Part shown: one piece after another, positions 40,426 to 50,902 of the stretch
Numbering within the stretch: the first letter of the stretch is position 1
How the letters are laid out: every line of letters begins with the position of its first letter
Source: Alphaproteobacteria bacterium
Lineage (GTDB): Bacteria; Pseudomonadota; Alphaproteobacteria; Bin95
Length of the DNA: 64,000 nt
NCBI GenBank assembly: GCA_965660545.1
Contig: CBFIAF010000019.1
Span: 2,372-66,371 of the forward strand
Direction: 5' to 3'
Translations under genes and position numbers: made by a program
The notes under the pieces: generated by a model
Told to the model about the DNA's origin: nothing
The model's database searches: none
The model's input: only the letters and a program-made list of their open reading frames with translations

Positions 40426-41997
40426 TTGGACAATAAGACGTTATCTGGCGACGGTGCAGGCAATGCAGCTGGCGGCCAAACAGCAATCGTACAGCATCTG
40501 GCCATGCCCGGCGTTCTTGGTGTAGACGCGCCTAAACGCATGATGACCCATGGCGCATATGTGTTCCTGGCGGGGGACCGCGCTTACAAGCTAAAGCGCG
40601 ACGTCAAATATTCCTACATGGACTTCAGCACCCAGGCGCAACGTGATTTAGCCGCGCTTGCAGAAATCCATATAAATCGCCGCACCGCACCTGCGCTTTA
40701 TCTAGGAGTGGCGCCTGTATTCAATAATGGCGGCGATATCCGCATCGGTGAAGTTTCTGATGACCTGACGGCGAGCGCCCAGGAGCATTTAGTCGTTATG
40801 CGCCGTTTCGATGAAGCGCAAACGTTTGATGTGCTGGCGGATACCGGTGCAGTTGATGGTGCCTTGGCGGAACGCCTCGCCGTGCAGATCGCCCGCTTTC
40901 ATGACGCAACGCCTGGTGCGGTAGTTGAAGGTGCAGCTATGAAGCTCGCCAGCATTTCTAGGCGCACGATGCGGGACCTTGTTGCTGGGGCGGATGAGCT
41001 TGGGAATGAAGTAATCTCAAAACTGCATGAGGCAATGCAGGCGACGCTGATTCAGGCGCTTTCAGAGGTCGATGAACGTGGGCAGACGGGGCTAGTGCGC
41101 AGGCTGCATGGCGATCTGCACCTTGGCAATGTCGCATTGATTGAAGGTGCGCCAGTCATTTTTGATGCGCTTGAGTTTGATAACGCAATGGCGACCGTAG
41201 ATGTGCTGCACGACGCAGCCTTCTTAGGCATGGACCTCTGGAGCCGCGGCCTTCAAGACGTGGCCGCACGCATGTGGAGCCGATATCTGGCTGAGCGACA
41301 GGATTATTCTGGCCTGGCATTGGCACCTGTGTTCTTCAGCATGAGGGCTGCGGTTCGCGCCAAAACGGCGCTGCATCGTGCGGGATTAGATGAGGGCGAA
41401 GAGGCGGCTGCATCCCAGAGGGAGGCGCAACGCTATGCGCAAGCGGCCTTGGCGCTGCTGGAACGACCATCAGCGCGGCTGGTGGCTATTGGCGGGTTAT
41501 CTGGTTCTGGCAAAACAACGATAGCGCGGACAGTGGCACCGTCATTGGTTGTTGCGGGCGGTGCGATTCATGTCCGCTCCGATGTCATTCGCAAGCTGCA
41601 GCAAGGCATTCCGGCAGAAGAAAAGCTGCCATCCGCCGCTTATACTAAGGATGCGAGTGCGGCTGTATACAAAGCGATATTTGATACGGCTAAAGACTGC
41701 CTGGAGCAGGGCGTACCCGTAATCTTAGATGCGGTCTTTGCAGACCCAGCTGAACGGGCGCAGGCTGAAGCGATGGCTAATCGCATCAACGTGCCGTTTG
41801 ACGGTATTTGGTTAGATTGTGCGACGGATGCGCGGCAGGACCGTATTGCGGCCAGGACGGGCGATGCGTCTGACGCGACGCCGGAAGTTGCTGTGCGTCA
41901 GACTGAGTATGACCTTGGGACAATGCATTGGCGGCGTATTTCGGGTGATGATGATGCGCCAGCCGCTGCAAAGCGGGCACTTAGGCTGCCGCGATAA
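40426..41997 (+). CDS. Bifunctional aminoglycoside-phosphotransferase-like / P-loop kinase (AAA_33) protein
   Basis: THGAYVFL..RAYKLKR, HGDLHLGN, FDALEF, GGLSGSGKT, DASDAT; start approximate (TTG after GGAG). Confidence 0.85.
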   Translation: MDNKTLSGDGAGNAAGGQTAIVQHLAMPGVLGVDAPKRMMTHGAYVFLAGDRAYKLKRDVKYSYMDFSTQAQRDLAALAEIHINRRTAPALYLGVAPVFNNGGDIRIGEVSDDLTASAQEHLVVMRRFDEAQTFDVLADTGAVDGALAERLAVQIARFHDATPGAVVEGAAMKLASISRRTMRDLVAGADELGNEVISKLHEAMQATLIQALSEVDERGQTGLVRRLHGDLHLGNVALIEGAPVIFDALEFDNAMATVDVLHDAAFLGMDLWSRGLQDVAARMWSRYLAERQDYSGLALAPVFFSMRAAVRAKTALHRAGLDEGEEAAASQREAQRYAQAALALLERPSARLVAIGGLSGSGKTTIARTVAPSLVVAGGAIHVRSDVIRKLQQGIPAEEKLPSAAYTKDASAAVYKAIFDTAKDCLEQGVPVILDAVFADPAERAQAEAMANRINVPFDGIWLDCATDARQDRIAARTGDASDATPEVAVRQTEYDLGTMHWRRISGDDDAPAAAKRALRLPR

Positions 41998-42970
41998 AGG
42001 TCCGAACGGCGGTCATGAACGGGCGGGGTTGCTCGGCATGGAGCCAGTGGCCGGCGTCTGCCAAGCTTTCGAATGTGGCGCGCGGGAATAGGCTGCGGAT
42101 CAGCGCTGTGTGGCTGTCCTTAACGTAGTCAGACCGGGCGCCTTTAAGGAACAACGTGCGGCCCTGATAGGGTGCCCAGGAGTCCGGTTCTGGTGCATCC
42201 AGAATATCGGCTATGCGGTTTGAGAGTGCGGGCAGATTACAGCGCCAGTAGAACCCACCATTGGCCTCATCCGGCACCAGGTTCTGTAGCAGGAAGCCGC
42301 GCACGGCCTTGTCGGGAATGGCGTCGACCATGGCCTTGTCCGCTTCGCTCCGCCGAGTGATGGGGCCGAGGTCAAGCGCCATCATGGCGTCGATATAGTC
42401 CAGGAAGCTGGATCGTCCCTCACGTTGATAAGGCACCGGTGAAATATCTGCGACCACCAATCGACCGACGATATCCGGCACCGTCAAAGCCAGCGACATG
42501 GCGACTTTGCCGCCCATGCTATGGCCAAGCACCGTAGGGGACGTGAGACCGTTGCTCTCGATATACGCCGCTACATCCTGCGCCATGTCCTGATAACGCA
42601 TAGCGTCCGCCCAGGGGGAGCGGCCATGATTACGAAGGTCGAGCGCATGGACTTCGTGGTCCTTACCCAACCGCTTGGCGATCGCCATCCAATTACGGGC
42701 AGCACCCAGCAAGCCGTGCAGGATCACAAGCGGCGGGCCAGCGCCCTCGCCATAAATATCGCTGGCGACAGCGATCCGTTCATCAGTCACTGGGCGGTCA
42801 AGCGCCCTATCTAATTGATTTTCAATGCTTTCTACTGTGGTAGATGGCTGCGCATCCCGATCCTTACGGCGTCGCATATTCGCCTTCAGGGACTTGGCCA
42901 GGCGGGCGCGTTTGTCGGCGCTAGCCTTTTGTTTTGGCGTCAATTCTTCTGGGGTGGCCGGTTTGCTCAT
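41981..42970 (-). CDS. YbfF-like alpha/beta-fold esterase with basic N-terminal extension
   Basis: LHGLLG, DLRNHGRS, GHSMGGK, AGHWLHAE. Confidence 0.85.
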   Translation of the reverse strand: MSKPATPEELTPKQKASADKRARLAKSLKANMRRRKDRDAQPSTTVESIENQLDRALDRPVTDERIAVASDIYGEGAGPPLVILHGLLGAARNWMAIAKRLGKDHEVHALDLRNHGRSPWADAMRYQDMAQDVAAYIESNGLTSPTVLGHSMGGKVAMSLALTVPDIVGRLVVADISPVPYQREGRSSFLDYIDAMMALDLGPITRRSEADKAMVDAIPDKAVRGFLLQNLVPDEANGGFYWRCNLPALSNRIADILDAPEPDSWAPYQGRTLFLKGARSDYVKDSHTALIRSLFPRATFESLADAGHWLHAEQPRPFMTAVRTFIAAA

Positions 42971-42980
42971 CCGCGATCGT

Positions 42981-43961
42981 TCAGCAATAGAGCCCGGCGT
43001 TTCGAGCCTTCAATTTGACCAATGCGGCGACGGTATCTAGCAATCGCGTATCGACGCCGACCACATCGCCAAGCTCTGTGACGGAGGTCACAAGCGCGTC
43101 GATTTCCATGGGCCGGCCTCGTTCGAGGTCCTGCAGCATGGAGGTTTTATGGTCCCCGATCTCAAATGCTGCCTTCAAGCGACGTTCCGCGGTCACCCGG
43201 AACCGAGCGCCCAAAGCCTCACCGACGGCCCTGCCTTCAGCGGCGAGCCCAAACAGTAAGTCACGCACGGCTTCATCCTGGCCCAGCCCGCCAAGCGTTG
43301 AGCCTGTCAGCGCTGAAACAGGGTTCAGGCACAGATTGCCCCAAAGCTTCATCCAGATGTCATCGCGGATTTTGGTGCGGATAGGCGCGCGCAGGCCGGA
43401 TTCAGTAAGTGCGGCAGACAGCGCTTCAATACGTGGTGTCTTCTCGCCAGACGGTTCGCCGATTGGATAAGCGTCGCCTTCCATGTGCTGCATAACGCCA
43501 GGAGCGGTGATTTCTGTCGCTGGATGCACGACCATGCCGATGGCGCGTTCTGGCCCAAGGCCGTCCCATTGGGCGCGCCCAGGATCAACGGCTTCTAGGT
43601 GCGTGCCATCATGGTCGCTGCCAAGGCCGTGGAAGTACCACCAGGGTACGCCGTTCATGGCGGTGACGACGGCGGTATCCGGTCCCATCAGCGGCTGCAT
43701 CAGGCCGACCACGCCTGGGCTTTGGTGCGCCTTCAAAGTGACAATCACATAGTTCTGCGGGCCAAGGTTGGCTGGATCATCGGTCACGTTTGGGTGAACC
43801 CTAAATTCCTCGCCGTCCTTGAATTTGCACAGAAGTCCGTTCTGCTGCATCGCTTCCAAGTGGGGGCCGCGCGCGATTAGTGAGACATCGACGCCGGAGC
43901 GCGTGAGCATGCCGCCAAGATGCGCGCCAATGGCACCAGCGCCGTAGATCGCAATCTTCAT
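42981..43961 (-). CDS. 2-dehydropantoate 2-reductase family (PanE/ApbA-like)
   Basis: IYGAGAIG, NGVPWWYF, WMKLWGN, KTSMLQDLERGRPME. Confidence 0.88.
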   Translation of the reverse strand: MKIAIYGAGAIGAHLGGMLTRSGVDVSLIARGPHLEAMQQNGLLCKFKDGEEFRVHPNVTDDPANLGPQNYVIVTLKAHQSPGVVGLMQPLMGPDTAVVTAMNGVPWWYFHGLGSDHDGTHLEAVDPGRAQWDGLGPERAIGMVVHPATEITAPGVMQHMEGDAYPIGEPSGEKTPRIEALSAALTESGLRAPIRTKIRDDIWMKLWGNLCLNPVSALTGSTLGGLGQDEAVRDLLFGLAAEGRAVGEALGARFRVTAERRLKAAFEIGDHKTSMLQDLERGRPMEIDALVTSVTELGDVVGVDTRLLDTVAALVKLKARNAGLYC

Positions 43962-45376
43962 ATTGGTGCAACCTTGCCAGGGTTCATAATATTTTGTGGG
44001 TCTAAAGCGCGCTTCAGCTGTTGCATAACCTCATAACTCTCTTTGCCGACTTCCTTCCGCATATGGCCGATTTTTGACATGCCAACGCCATGCTCGCCAC
44101 TGCATGACCCGCCCATGTCTAGCGCGCGGTTTACCAGCCGGTCATTGAAGGCTGTGGCGCGCGCCATTTCTTTAGTGTTGTCCAGATCAACCATGATGCA
44201 GCAATGGAAATTACCGTCGCCCACATGGCCGCAGATTGGCGAATAAAGGTCTGAAGCGCCAATATCATCCTTGGTCGCGACGATGCACTCTGCGAGGCGG
44301 CTGATCGGTACAACGACATCAGTCGACCATCCGCTTTTGCCTGGAATGTGGGCCAATGCAGCGTAGTAGGCGTTGTGGCGCGCTTCCCAAAGCTTGGTGC
44401 GTTCCTCAGCTTTTGCGGTCCATTGGAATGCCCCGCCGCTATTGCCCATCGCCAAGGCTTCGACGATCTCGCCCTGCTCCGCAACGCCGCTTTCGGTTCC
44501 GTGGAACTCAAAAAACAACGTCGGCTTGGCTTCAAAGCCTTCGAGCTTCGAATAATCTATGCAGGCTTGAAGCTGCACGTCGTCTACGAGTTCCATACGC
44601 GCGACAGGCACGCCCATCTGGATGGTCTGCTGGACAGTCTCAACCGCGCCCGCCAGATCATCAAACTGGCATACGGCAGCAGCAATCTTCTCCGGCACGC
44701 CATACAAACGCAGGCGAACCTCTGTGATAATGCCAAGTGTGCCTTCACTGCCGACGATTAGGTTGGTCAGATCATATCCGGCAGACGTTTTGCGCGCCCT
44801 GCCGCCTGTTTTCATCACGCGGCCATCAGCCATTACGACCGTTAGCCCGATCACGTTCTCTTTCATCGTGCCGTAGCGGACGGCGTTGGTGCCGGAAGCC
44901 CCCGTCGCTGCCATGCCGCCAAGACTGGCATCAGCGCCTGGATCAACCGGGAAGAAATACCCTGTGTCGCGGATATGTTCGTTCAAGGCTTTACGCGTAA
45001 CGCCAGCCTGCACCATGCAGTCGCCGTCCTCACTACTGACCTCAAGCACCTCATTCATGCCGGAAAGATCAATCGTGATCCCGCCATGCAGTGCCTGCAC
45101 ATGACCTTCCAGGGATGTACCTGTTCCCCAAGCGATAACGGGCAGTTCGTGCTCCGCGCATATCTTGACGATCTCAGATACTTCTTTAGTGGATTCCGCG
45201 AACGCCACGCCATCAGGTGCCGCTATGTGAAAATGGTCTTCGCCCTGGCCATGCTGGTCGCGCACAGCTTGTGAGGTGGACATGCGGTCCCCCAACAGGC
45301 TCTGAAGTTTCTCCAATGCCTCACTCAGGCGTTGGGAATTGCGGCGGTCATTGGCTGGGGCTGTGTCCGGGGCCAT
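43958..45376 (-). CDS. FAD-linked oxidase (D-lactate dehydrogenase/GlcD family)
   Basis: GTGTSLEG, FPVDPGADASLGGM, GHVGDGNFH, GEHGVG, NPGK; start at ATG 45376. Confidence 0.88.
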   Translation of the reverse strand: MAPDTAPANDRRNSQRLSEALEKLQSLLGDRMSTSQAVRDQHGQGEDHFHIAAPDGVAFAESTKEVSEIVKICAEHELPVIAWGTGTSLEGHVQALHGGITIDLSGMNEVLEVSSEDGDCMVQAGVTRKALNEHIRDTGYFFPVDPGADASLGGMAATGASGTNAVRYGTMKENVIGLTVVMADGRVMKTGGRARKTSAGYDLTNLIVGSEGTLGIITEVRLRLYGVPEKIAAAVCQFDDLAGAVETVQQTIQMGVPVARMELVDDVQLQACIDYSKLEGFEAKPTLFFEFHGTESGVAEQGEIVEALAMGNSGGAFQWTAKAEERTKLWEARHNAYYAALAHIPGKSGWSTDVVVPISRLAECIVATKDDIGASDLYSPICGHVGDGNFHCCIMVDLDNTKEMARATAFNDRLVNRALDMGGSCSGEHGVGMSKIGHMRKEVGKESYEVMQQLKRALDPQNIMNPGKVAPI

Positions 45377-45494
45377 GGAGTAAATCCTCAAATTTGCTTC
45401 AGCTGAATTGTAACGCATTTCACTGAAATCGTGCAGGGCGCTTAGCGCGCGTATAGTCTCACCCCAGTATATACGGAACATTCAACAGGGGGCG

Positions 45495-47144
45495 GTGATG
45501 GCAATGAAGACGATGAGCACAGGCCAAGCGATTATTGAGCGGGTGCTGGCGCATGGCGTTGATACGGTGTTCGGCTTGCCGGGCGCGCAGACCTATCCCT
45601 TATTCGATGCAATGGCCCAAGCCGGTGACCGTGTGCGCTTGATCGGTGCCAGGCATGAGCAAGCGACGGCCTATATGGCCATGGGATATGCGAAAACCAG
45701 CGGGCGCCCAGGCATTTATACTGTGGTTCCAGGCCCGGGCGTGCTGAACACTACGGCTGCCCTTTGCACCGCCTATGGCACATCAACGCCGGTCATGTGC
45801 ATTACCGGTGAAACGCCGAAGGACTTTATCGGCAAAGGGCGAGGGCATCTGCATGAGCTGCCGGATCAGCGCGGATTGCTTAGAACCCTCATCCGCTGGG
45901 CCGACAGGGTGGAAAGCCCGGCGGCCGCTCCGGCAATGGTCGATGAAGCGTTCCGGCAGATGCTCGGCGGCAGGCCCGGCCCCGTGGCGTTGGAAGCTGC
46001 ATGGGATGTGCTGGCCACGCCGGGTTATGTCGCGGACACGCCAGCACCTGGGCTTCCGGCCAAGCCAGAACCAAATAGTGATGAAATCACGGCAGCTGCG
46101 AAGATTCTGGCCGGCGCGAAATCCCCGCTGATCTGGGTCGGCTCCGGCGCGCAGGATGCTGCGGCTAATGTACTGGCTGTAGCGGAACGGTTGGGCGCGC
46201 CCGTTGGGGCGTTCCGGGGTGGGCGTGGGATTGTCGCCAGCGATCATCCGCTCGGATTGGCCTTTGCGGAAGCGAAATCGGTTTGGGCGGAATCCGACGT
46301 CGTGCTTGCAATAGGCAGCCGGATGGAAGGGCCATACATGCGCTGGCAGGGCATGGCGTGGACGCCACGGCCTGCTACGCCAAAGCTTGTCCGCATTGAT
46401 ATTGACGGCATGGAGCATGCTCGCTTGCCCGCGGATCAATCCATTACGGCAGATGCGGCGATGGCTCTCCGGGCGCTGCTCCCCGCCCTTGATAAGGTGG
46501 GTGCGGGGAAAGCCGATAGACTGGATGCCGTTCAGGAAGCCAAAGCGCGCACCGGCAAGGATTTTCGCAACAACCTGCAGCCTCAAATGAATTACCTGGA
46601 CGCTATCCGCACCGTCCTGCCGCGCGATGGCATCTTCGTGGAGGAGCTTTGTCAGGCAGGGTATGTCTCCTATTCAGGCTTCCCCGTTTACAACCCGCGC
46701 ACTTATGTGACGTCCGGATATCAGGGCACTCTTGGCTACGGCTTCATGACTGCACTCGGCGCTAAGGCCGCGATGGGCGATACGCCAGTGGTCTCAATTG
46801 CGGGAGATGGCGGGTTCTTGTTTGGCGTGCAGGAATTGGCGACAGCAGCGCAGTTCGGCTTGAACGTCGTCTCAATCGTTTTCGATAATGGCGCGTATGG
46901 GAATGTCCGCCGCGACCAGATCCGACGTTTCCAAGGCCGGGAGCTTGGTAGCTACCTGGAAAACCCAGATTTCTTGAAAATGGCTGAAAGCTTCGGCGTG
47001 ATGGGGCTGCGCGCGGAGACACCAGCCGATTTGAAGCCCGCGTTGGAAAAAGCGTTCGCTGCGAACGCGCCTGTGCTGATCCATTGCCCGGTAACATTCG
47101 GCAGTGAGGCTGATCCTTGGCCGTACATCATTGAAGGTCGATAG
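45495..47144 (+). CDS. Thiamine-diphosphate-dependent enzyme (acetolactate synthase-like family)
   Basis: FGLPG, RHEQ, PGPG, GDGG...DN ThDP motif. Confidence 0.87.
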   Translation: MMAMKTMSTGQAIIERVLAHGVDTVFGLPGAQTYPLFDAMAQAGDRVRLIGARHEQATAYMAMGYAKTSGRPGIYTVVPGPGVLNTTAALCTAYGTSTPVMCITGETPKDFIGKGRGHLHELPDQRGLLRTLIRWADRVESPAAAPAMVDEAFRQMLGGRPGPVALEAAWDVLATPGYVADTPAPGLPAKPEPNSDEITAAAKILAGAKSPLIWVGSGAQDAAANVLAVAERLGAPVGAFRGGRGIVASDHPLGLAFAEAKSVWAESDVVLAIGSRMEGPYMRWQGMAWTPRPATPKLVRIDIDGMEHARLPADQSITADAAMALRALLPALDKVGAGKADRLDAVQEAKARTGKDFRNNLQPQMNYLDAIRTVLPRDGIFVEELCQAGYVSYSGFPVYNPRTYVTSGYQGTLGYGFMTALGAKAAMGDTPVVSIAGDGGFLFGVQELATAAQFGLNVVSIVFDNGAYGNVRRDQIRRFQGRELGSYLENPDFLKMAESFGVMGLRAETPADLKPALEKAFAANAPVLIHCPVTFGSEADPWPYIIEGR

Positions 47145-47147
47145 CAC

Positions 47148-48301
47148 TTGAGCACAGAACGCTTCCACGCCGACCTCCCGGAATTCAGGGAGTTTGCTGT
47201 GTTCACGGATTTGGACTCCTACCCGCCGCTGCCAAGTGACTGGACAGTGCTCGCCTCGGATGTTGTTGGCTCCACAATCGCGATTGAGCAGGGCCGATAT
47301 AAGCAAGTGAAGATGTCGGGTGCAGCCACGATCATGGCCGTGATCAATGCGGCGGACGACGTGGACTTGCCTTATGTATTCGGCGGCGACCGCGCTGTGA
47401 TCCCAGCCCCGCCAGTTGTCGCCGAAGCCTGCAAAACCGGGCTGGCCCGCGCCGCCAGCATGATTGAGGCGATCTATGACCTGGAACTTCGGGTGGCGGC
47501 GTTCTCAGCATCTGATCTGCGCGCCAAAGGCGGTGATATTCGGGTCCGCAAGTTCGGCCTTGGCTCTGGCGCGCGATTGGCGGTGTTTGCTGGCGGCGGC
47601 CTCGAGTTGACGGATGAACTGCTCAAAGACGTGGAAGCGGGGGTACCCTATCGTATTCCGTTAGATGATGCCACTCCTGATCTTAATGGCCTGACCTGTC
47701 GTGGGAGCCATTGACACCCAGCCACGGCGTTATGGCGACTATTATAGTCAAAGGCTTGGGCTCCGGCGAAAGCGGTGAGCTGCGCTTCACGCTAGATGAA
47801 ATTCAGCGCATTTTAGGCGGCGATGCCTCCGAAGCCGCACAAACCAGCAACAGAACACTCAGCTTCCGCTTCCCGCCACGCGGCCTCAAGCTGGAAGCGT
47901 TGGCATTCAGCGCCTTCACGCCATTCAAAGCACGATTTTGGCGGATCATTATGGAAAGCTTGGTGCAGCTCTATGCCGAACGCTTCCAGAAGCAGGTTGG
48001 TCCCTACAAGGCTCGGGAATACGGCAAAGAAATGGTCTCGCAGACGGATTTCCGGAAATATGAAGGCATGCTGCGGATGGTGTTGGACCTGATGTTGGAG
48101 CAGGCGGATGCGTTGGAAATCGTGTTCGAGCGAGAACGCGCGGCGGGCAGGTTAGTCTGCGGTTTTCACCGGTCAGACTCAGCGTTGATGACTTGCCTGG
48201 TGTTTGATCTGACGAGTACGGCGCACGTGCATTTCCTTGACGGCGCCGATGGCGGGGTCGCCCTCGCCGCACGTCAGTTGAAAGAGCAGATTGCGGGATA
48301 G
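47148..48301 (+). pseudogene. DUF3095-family protein, frameshifted
   Basis: DVVGST..IEQGRYK, YVFGGD, DFRKY, HVHFLDGADGG. A 1-nt loss near 47703 turns CRWEPL into CRGSH-stop. Confidence 0.75.
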
Positions 48302-48307
48302 CCACTA

Positions 48308-48799
48308 TCAGGGTAACGCTATTTCAACGTCGACACCTGCAGGCGTTTGCGCCCAAGTGGTGTCCGCCTCAGTACGATCATCCCAGCGCAGCATCAGCAT
48401 TTCAGCGGGTTGATCAAAGCATACAAACGGATGGTGCCATACATTCGGCGCATAACAGACGCCGACAGTCTCATCCATGATGAAAGCGCGGAGATTTTCG
48501 AAATCCGGCCCGCCATCCGCCAGCGTCGGTGCTACAGCGACCATCCAGCGGCCACAAGCAATCGGCGCGAATGTTTGGGCGGAGGCGTCATGGCGTTCCA
48601 GCGCTGGCACGGCGAAATCGTCAGTTTGTGGCTTTGCGCGGCTGACCGAGACATTGAGTTCAGCATGGTCGCGGCCATTGAACATAGTCGCTGCGAACTC
48701 ATGACGGTCGCCGTCCAAGTCCCTAAGTGCGAAGCACTCGCCGTATGGCGCGAAGGCATCGGCATCAAATGGTTCGGGGATGACGCGGGTTTTAGGCAT
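48308..48799 (-). CDS. Ureidoglycolate lyase-like (AllA) cupin
   Basis: AFAPYGE, LERH..SAQTFAP, VWHHP. Confidence 0.78.
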   Translation of the reverse strand: MPKTRVIPEPFDADAFAPYGECFALRDLDGDRHEFAATMFNGRDHAELNVSVSRAKPQTDDFAVPALERHDASAQTFAPIACGRWMVAVAPTLADGGPDFENLRAFIMDETVGVCYAPNVWHHPFVCFDQPAEMLMLRWDDRTEADTTWAQTPAGVDVEIALP

Positions 48800-48823
48800 G
48801 GTATGTTGGCTCCTTATGAAATG

Positions 48824-50842
48824 TCAGACCACATCCGGTAAGCGCGGCATGCGGCAATAAGCTGAGAGCGCGCCCGGGGCGGCCCGATTAACGACAATTT
48901 CGCCGCCATGTGCTTCCGCCAGGCGGGTGGCGAGCGTTAGATCAAGGCTGGCGCGAGCGGTGCGGGCGGGCGGGAAGCCAACATCTGCGTCAGGCGAATC
49001 TGGCGCAAAGGTGGAGTTAGCCTCATCCAAGTCAATGTGGCCGGTGGTGACAGTCAGGATTGCCCAGTCGCCTTCGCCCTTGGCTGCAACAACCACTGGG
49101 TCACCGTCATGGGCATAGCGACCTGCGACCATAATCAAGCGCGTGAATATCTGGCAGAGCCGTTCGGCATCTGCATCCAGCGTCAGACCATACTGGACAT
49201 TTGGCGCGATATTCAGTGGCTGTGGCGCAATCCGCTCAGCCGCATCGCTGGCAGCTTTGGCGACGGCGTCCGCAGCGGATGTGGGCGTGCGTTCTAAGGG
49301 CGCGCGCCCGGCTTCAATCGCTGCTACATCAATAATGTCATCGACGAGCGCTATGAACGCGTCGCCAGCAGACAGGATGTCATCCAGATACTCGCCTTGA
49401 CGTTCGGAGAGGTCGCCAGCCACGCCCGCCCGAAGCAGATCCGCGAAGCCGGTGATTGTCGTCAACGGTTTGCGGAGTTCGTAGGAGATAGCGTACAGGA
49501 ATTCGTTCTTGACCCGGTCTGCTTCTTCAAGGGCTTCGGCCCGTCCGCGCAGTGCTGTCTCAACGGCATGGGTGTCGGAGACGTCATACATCGCCGTCAG
49601 CACGCCCCCGTCTGCAAGGGGCGCGGTTTCGATTTCTAGCGTGCGGCCGTCATGCGATTGTGCCCGAAGTTTTGCAGGCGCTCGGCTCGTCACAGCGTCG
49701 ATCATTTCCTGGCGGCCAATATTCCAGGTCTCATCGGTGAGCGACTTACCCGCAACATCTGCGAGCGCCGCAACATGCGGGGCAGCGTCCAGCCCGTCAT
49801 CTTTGGCCCGGAATAAAGCGTTGAATGCGCGGTTCGACAGGCGAAGCTTGGCGTCCTCCCCGAAGAGCGCAATGCCTTCCTGAAGCGCATCGAGTGTTTG
49901 CCGTTGCACACGGTTCAGTGCGTGATAGGAGCGTTCGAGCGTTATTTGATCACTGACATCTTCGTACAAATAGATAAGGCCACCCTGCGGATGGGGGGCT
50001 GCGGTTTCTTTTAGAGTCCGGCCATTGGCCAAAAACAGAAATTCATCGCGCGGCTGCGTCAGGGATTGGAATTCTGCCGCTCGCTCTGCCTTGAACGCTG
50101 CAAAGTCGATGACTTCCGGCAACATGCGGAGGCGACGCAGATCATCCAGGATTTCCGTGATGCCGATGCGTTGCTCAATCCGCGCGGGGTCGAGGCCAAA
50201 TAGGTCGACGAAGGCCTTGTTGCAGAACGCTAGCTGGCGCTCGCGAGTGAAGACTGCGACGGCTGATCCAACCCTCTCCAGCACTTCGGCATGGGCGGCA
50301 ACAAGGCGGGCTTGGCCATCTTGCGCTTCTGCAAGCTCTGTGACGTCCCGCGCGTCGCCGATCAGGCCGCCGCCAGGTTCCTCGCCACCGAGAGGCCGTT
50401 CTGTCGTTTCAACAAGCTGGCGCTTGCCACTGACGACGATCGTGCGGCTTTCAGAGAGTGTTGCATTGGTTCGATGAGCGCGGCGAGCGAGGTTTAGGGC
50501 CTCCAGGCCGCCGATCTCCATATTATCAAGCAAGGCCGCAGCCGGCGAATCGGCACCAACGGCTTCTGCATAGGCCTTGTTTGCGTAGATCAGTTCTAAA
50601 TCGTCGGCGCGGCGCCAAACAGGACTTGGCAACGCGTCGAGGATTTCAGATAGGAACGCAGCGCGAGCGTCCGCTGCCTGGCGGCTCCGCTCCGCGATCA
50701 TAGCGGCTGACTTAAACCTGGCGGCTTCAGCTTGAAGGGTGTCTGGCCGCCAGCGACGCCAAAGGATGGCAAACGTCGCCGCGAGGACCAGCGCAAGGCC
50801 CGCGATAATCGCTAATACGACAATCGCGTTGCCTTCTGCCAT
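48824..50842 (-). CDS. divL: DivL-like PAS-domain pseudo-histidine kinase
   Basis: N-terminal TM, several PAS-like domains, H-box ISYELRKPLTTI with Tyr at the His position; directly downstream of ahcY. Confidence 0.78.
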   Translation of the reverse strand: MAEGNAIVVLAIIAGLALVLAATFAILWRRWRPDTLQAEAARFKSAAMIAERSRQAADARAAFLSEILDALPSPVWRRADDLELIYANKAYAEAVGADSPAAALLDNMEIGGLEALNLARRAHRTNATLSESRTIVVSGKRQLVETTERPLGGEEPGGGLIGDARDVTELAEAQDGQARLVAAHAEVLERVGSAVAVFTRERQLAFCNKAFVDLFGLDPARIEQRIGITEILDDLRRLRMLPEVIDFAAFKAERAAEFQSLTQPRDEFLFLANGRTLKETAAPHPQGGLIYLYEDVSDQITLERSYHALNRVQRQTLDALQEGIALFGEDAKLRLSNRAFNALFRAKDDGLDAAPHVAALADVAGKSLTDETWNIGRQEMIDAVTSRAPAKLRAQSHDGRTLEIETAPLADGGVLTAMYDVSDTHAVETALRGRAEALEEADRVKNEFLYAISYELRKPLTTITGFADLLRAGVAGDLSERQGEYLDDILSAGDAFIALVDDIIDVAAIEAGRAPLERTPTSAADAVAKAASDAAERIAPQPLNIAPNVQYGLTLDADAERLCQIFTRLIMVAGRYAHDGDPVVVAAKGEGDWAILTVTTGHIDLDEANSTFAPDSPDADVGFPPARTARASLDLTLATRLAEAHGGEIVVNRAAPGALSAYCRMPRLPDVV

Positions 50843-50902
50843 ATTCAGCCCCCGGCTATTGTTCCGATTTAGATCAGCCAGATATCGTCCTAGCAAATCG
50901 TG

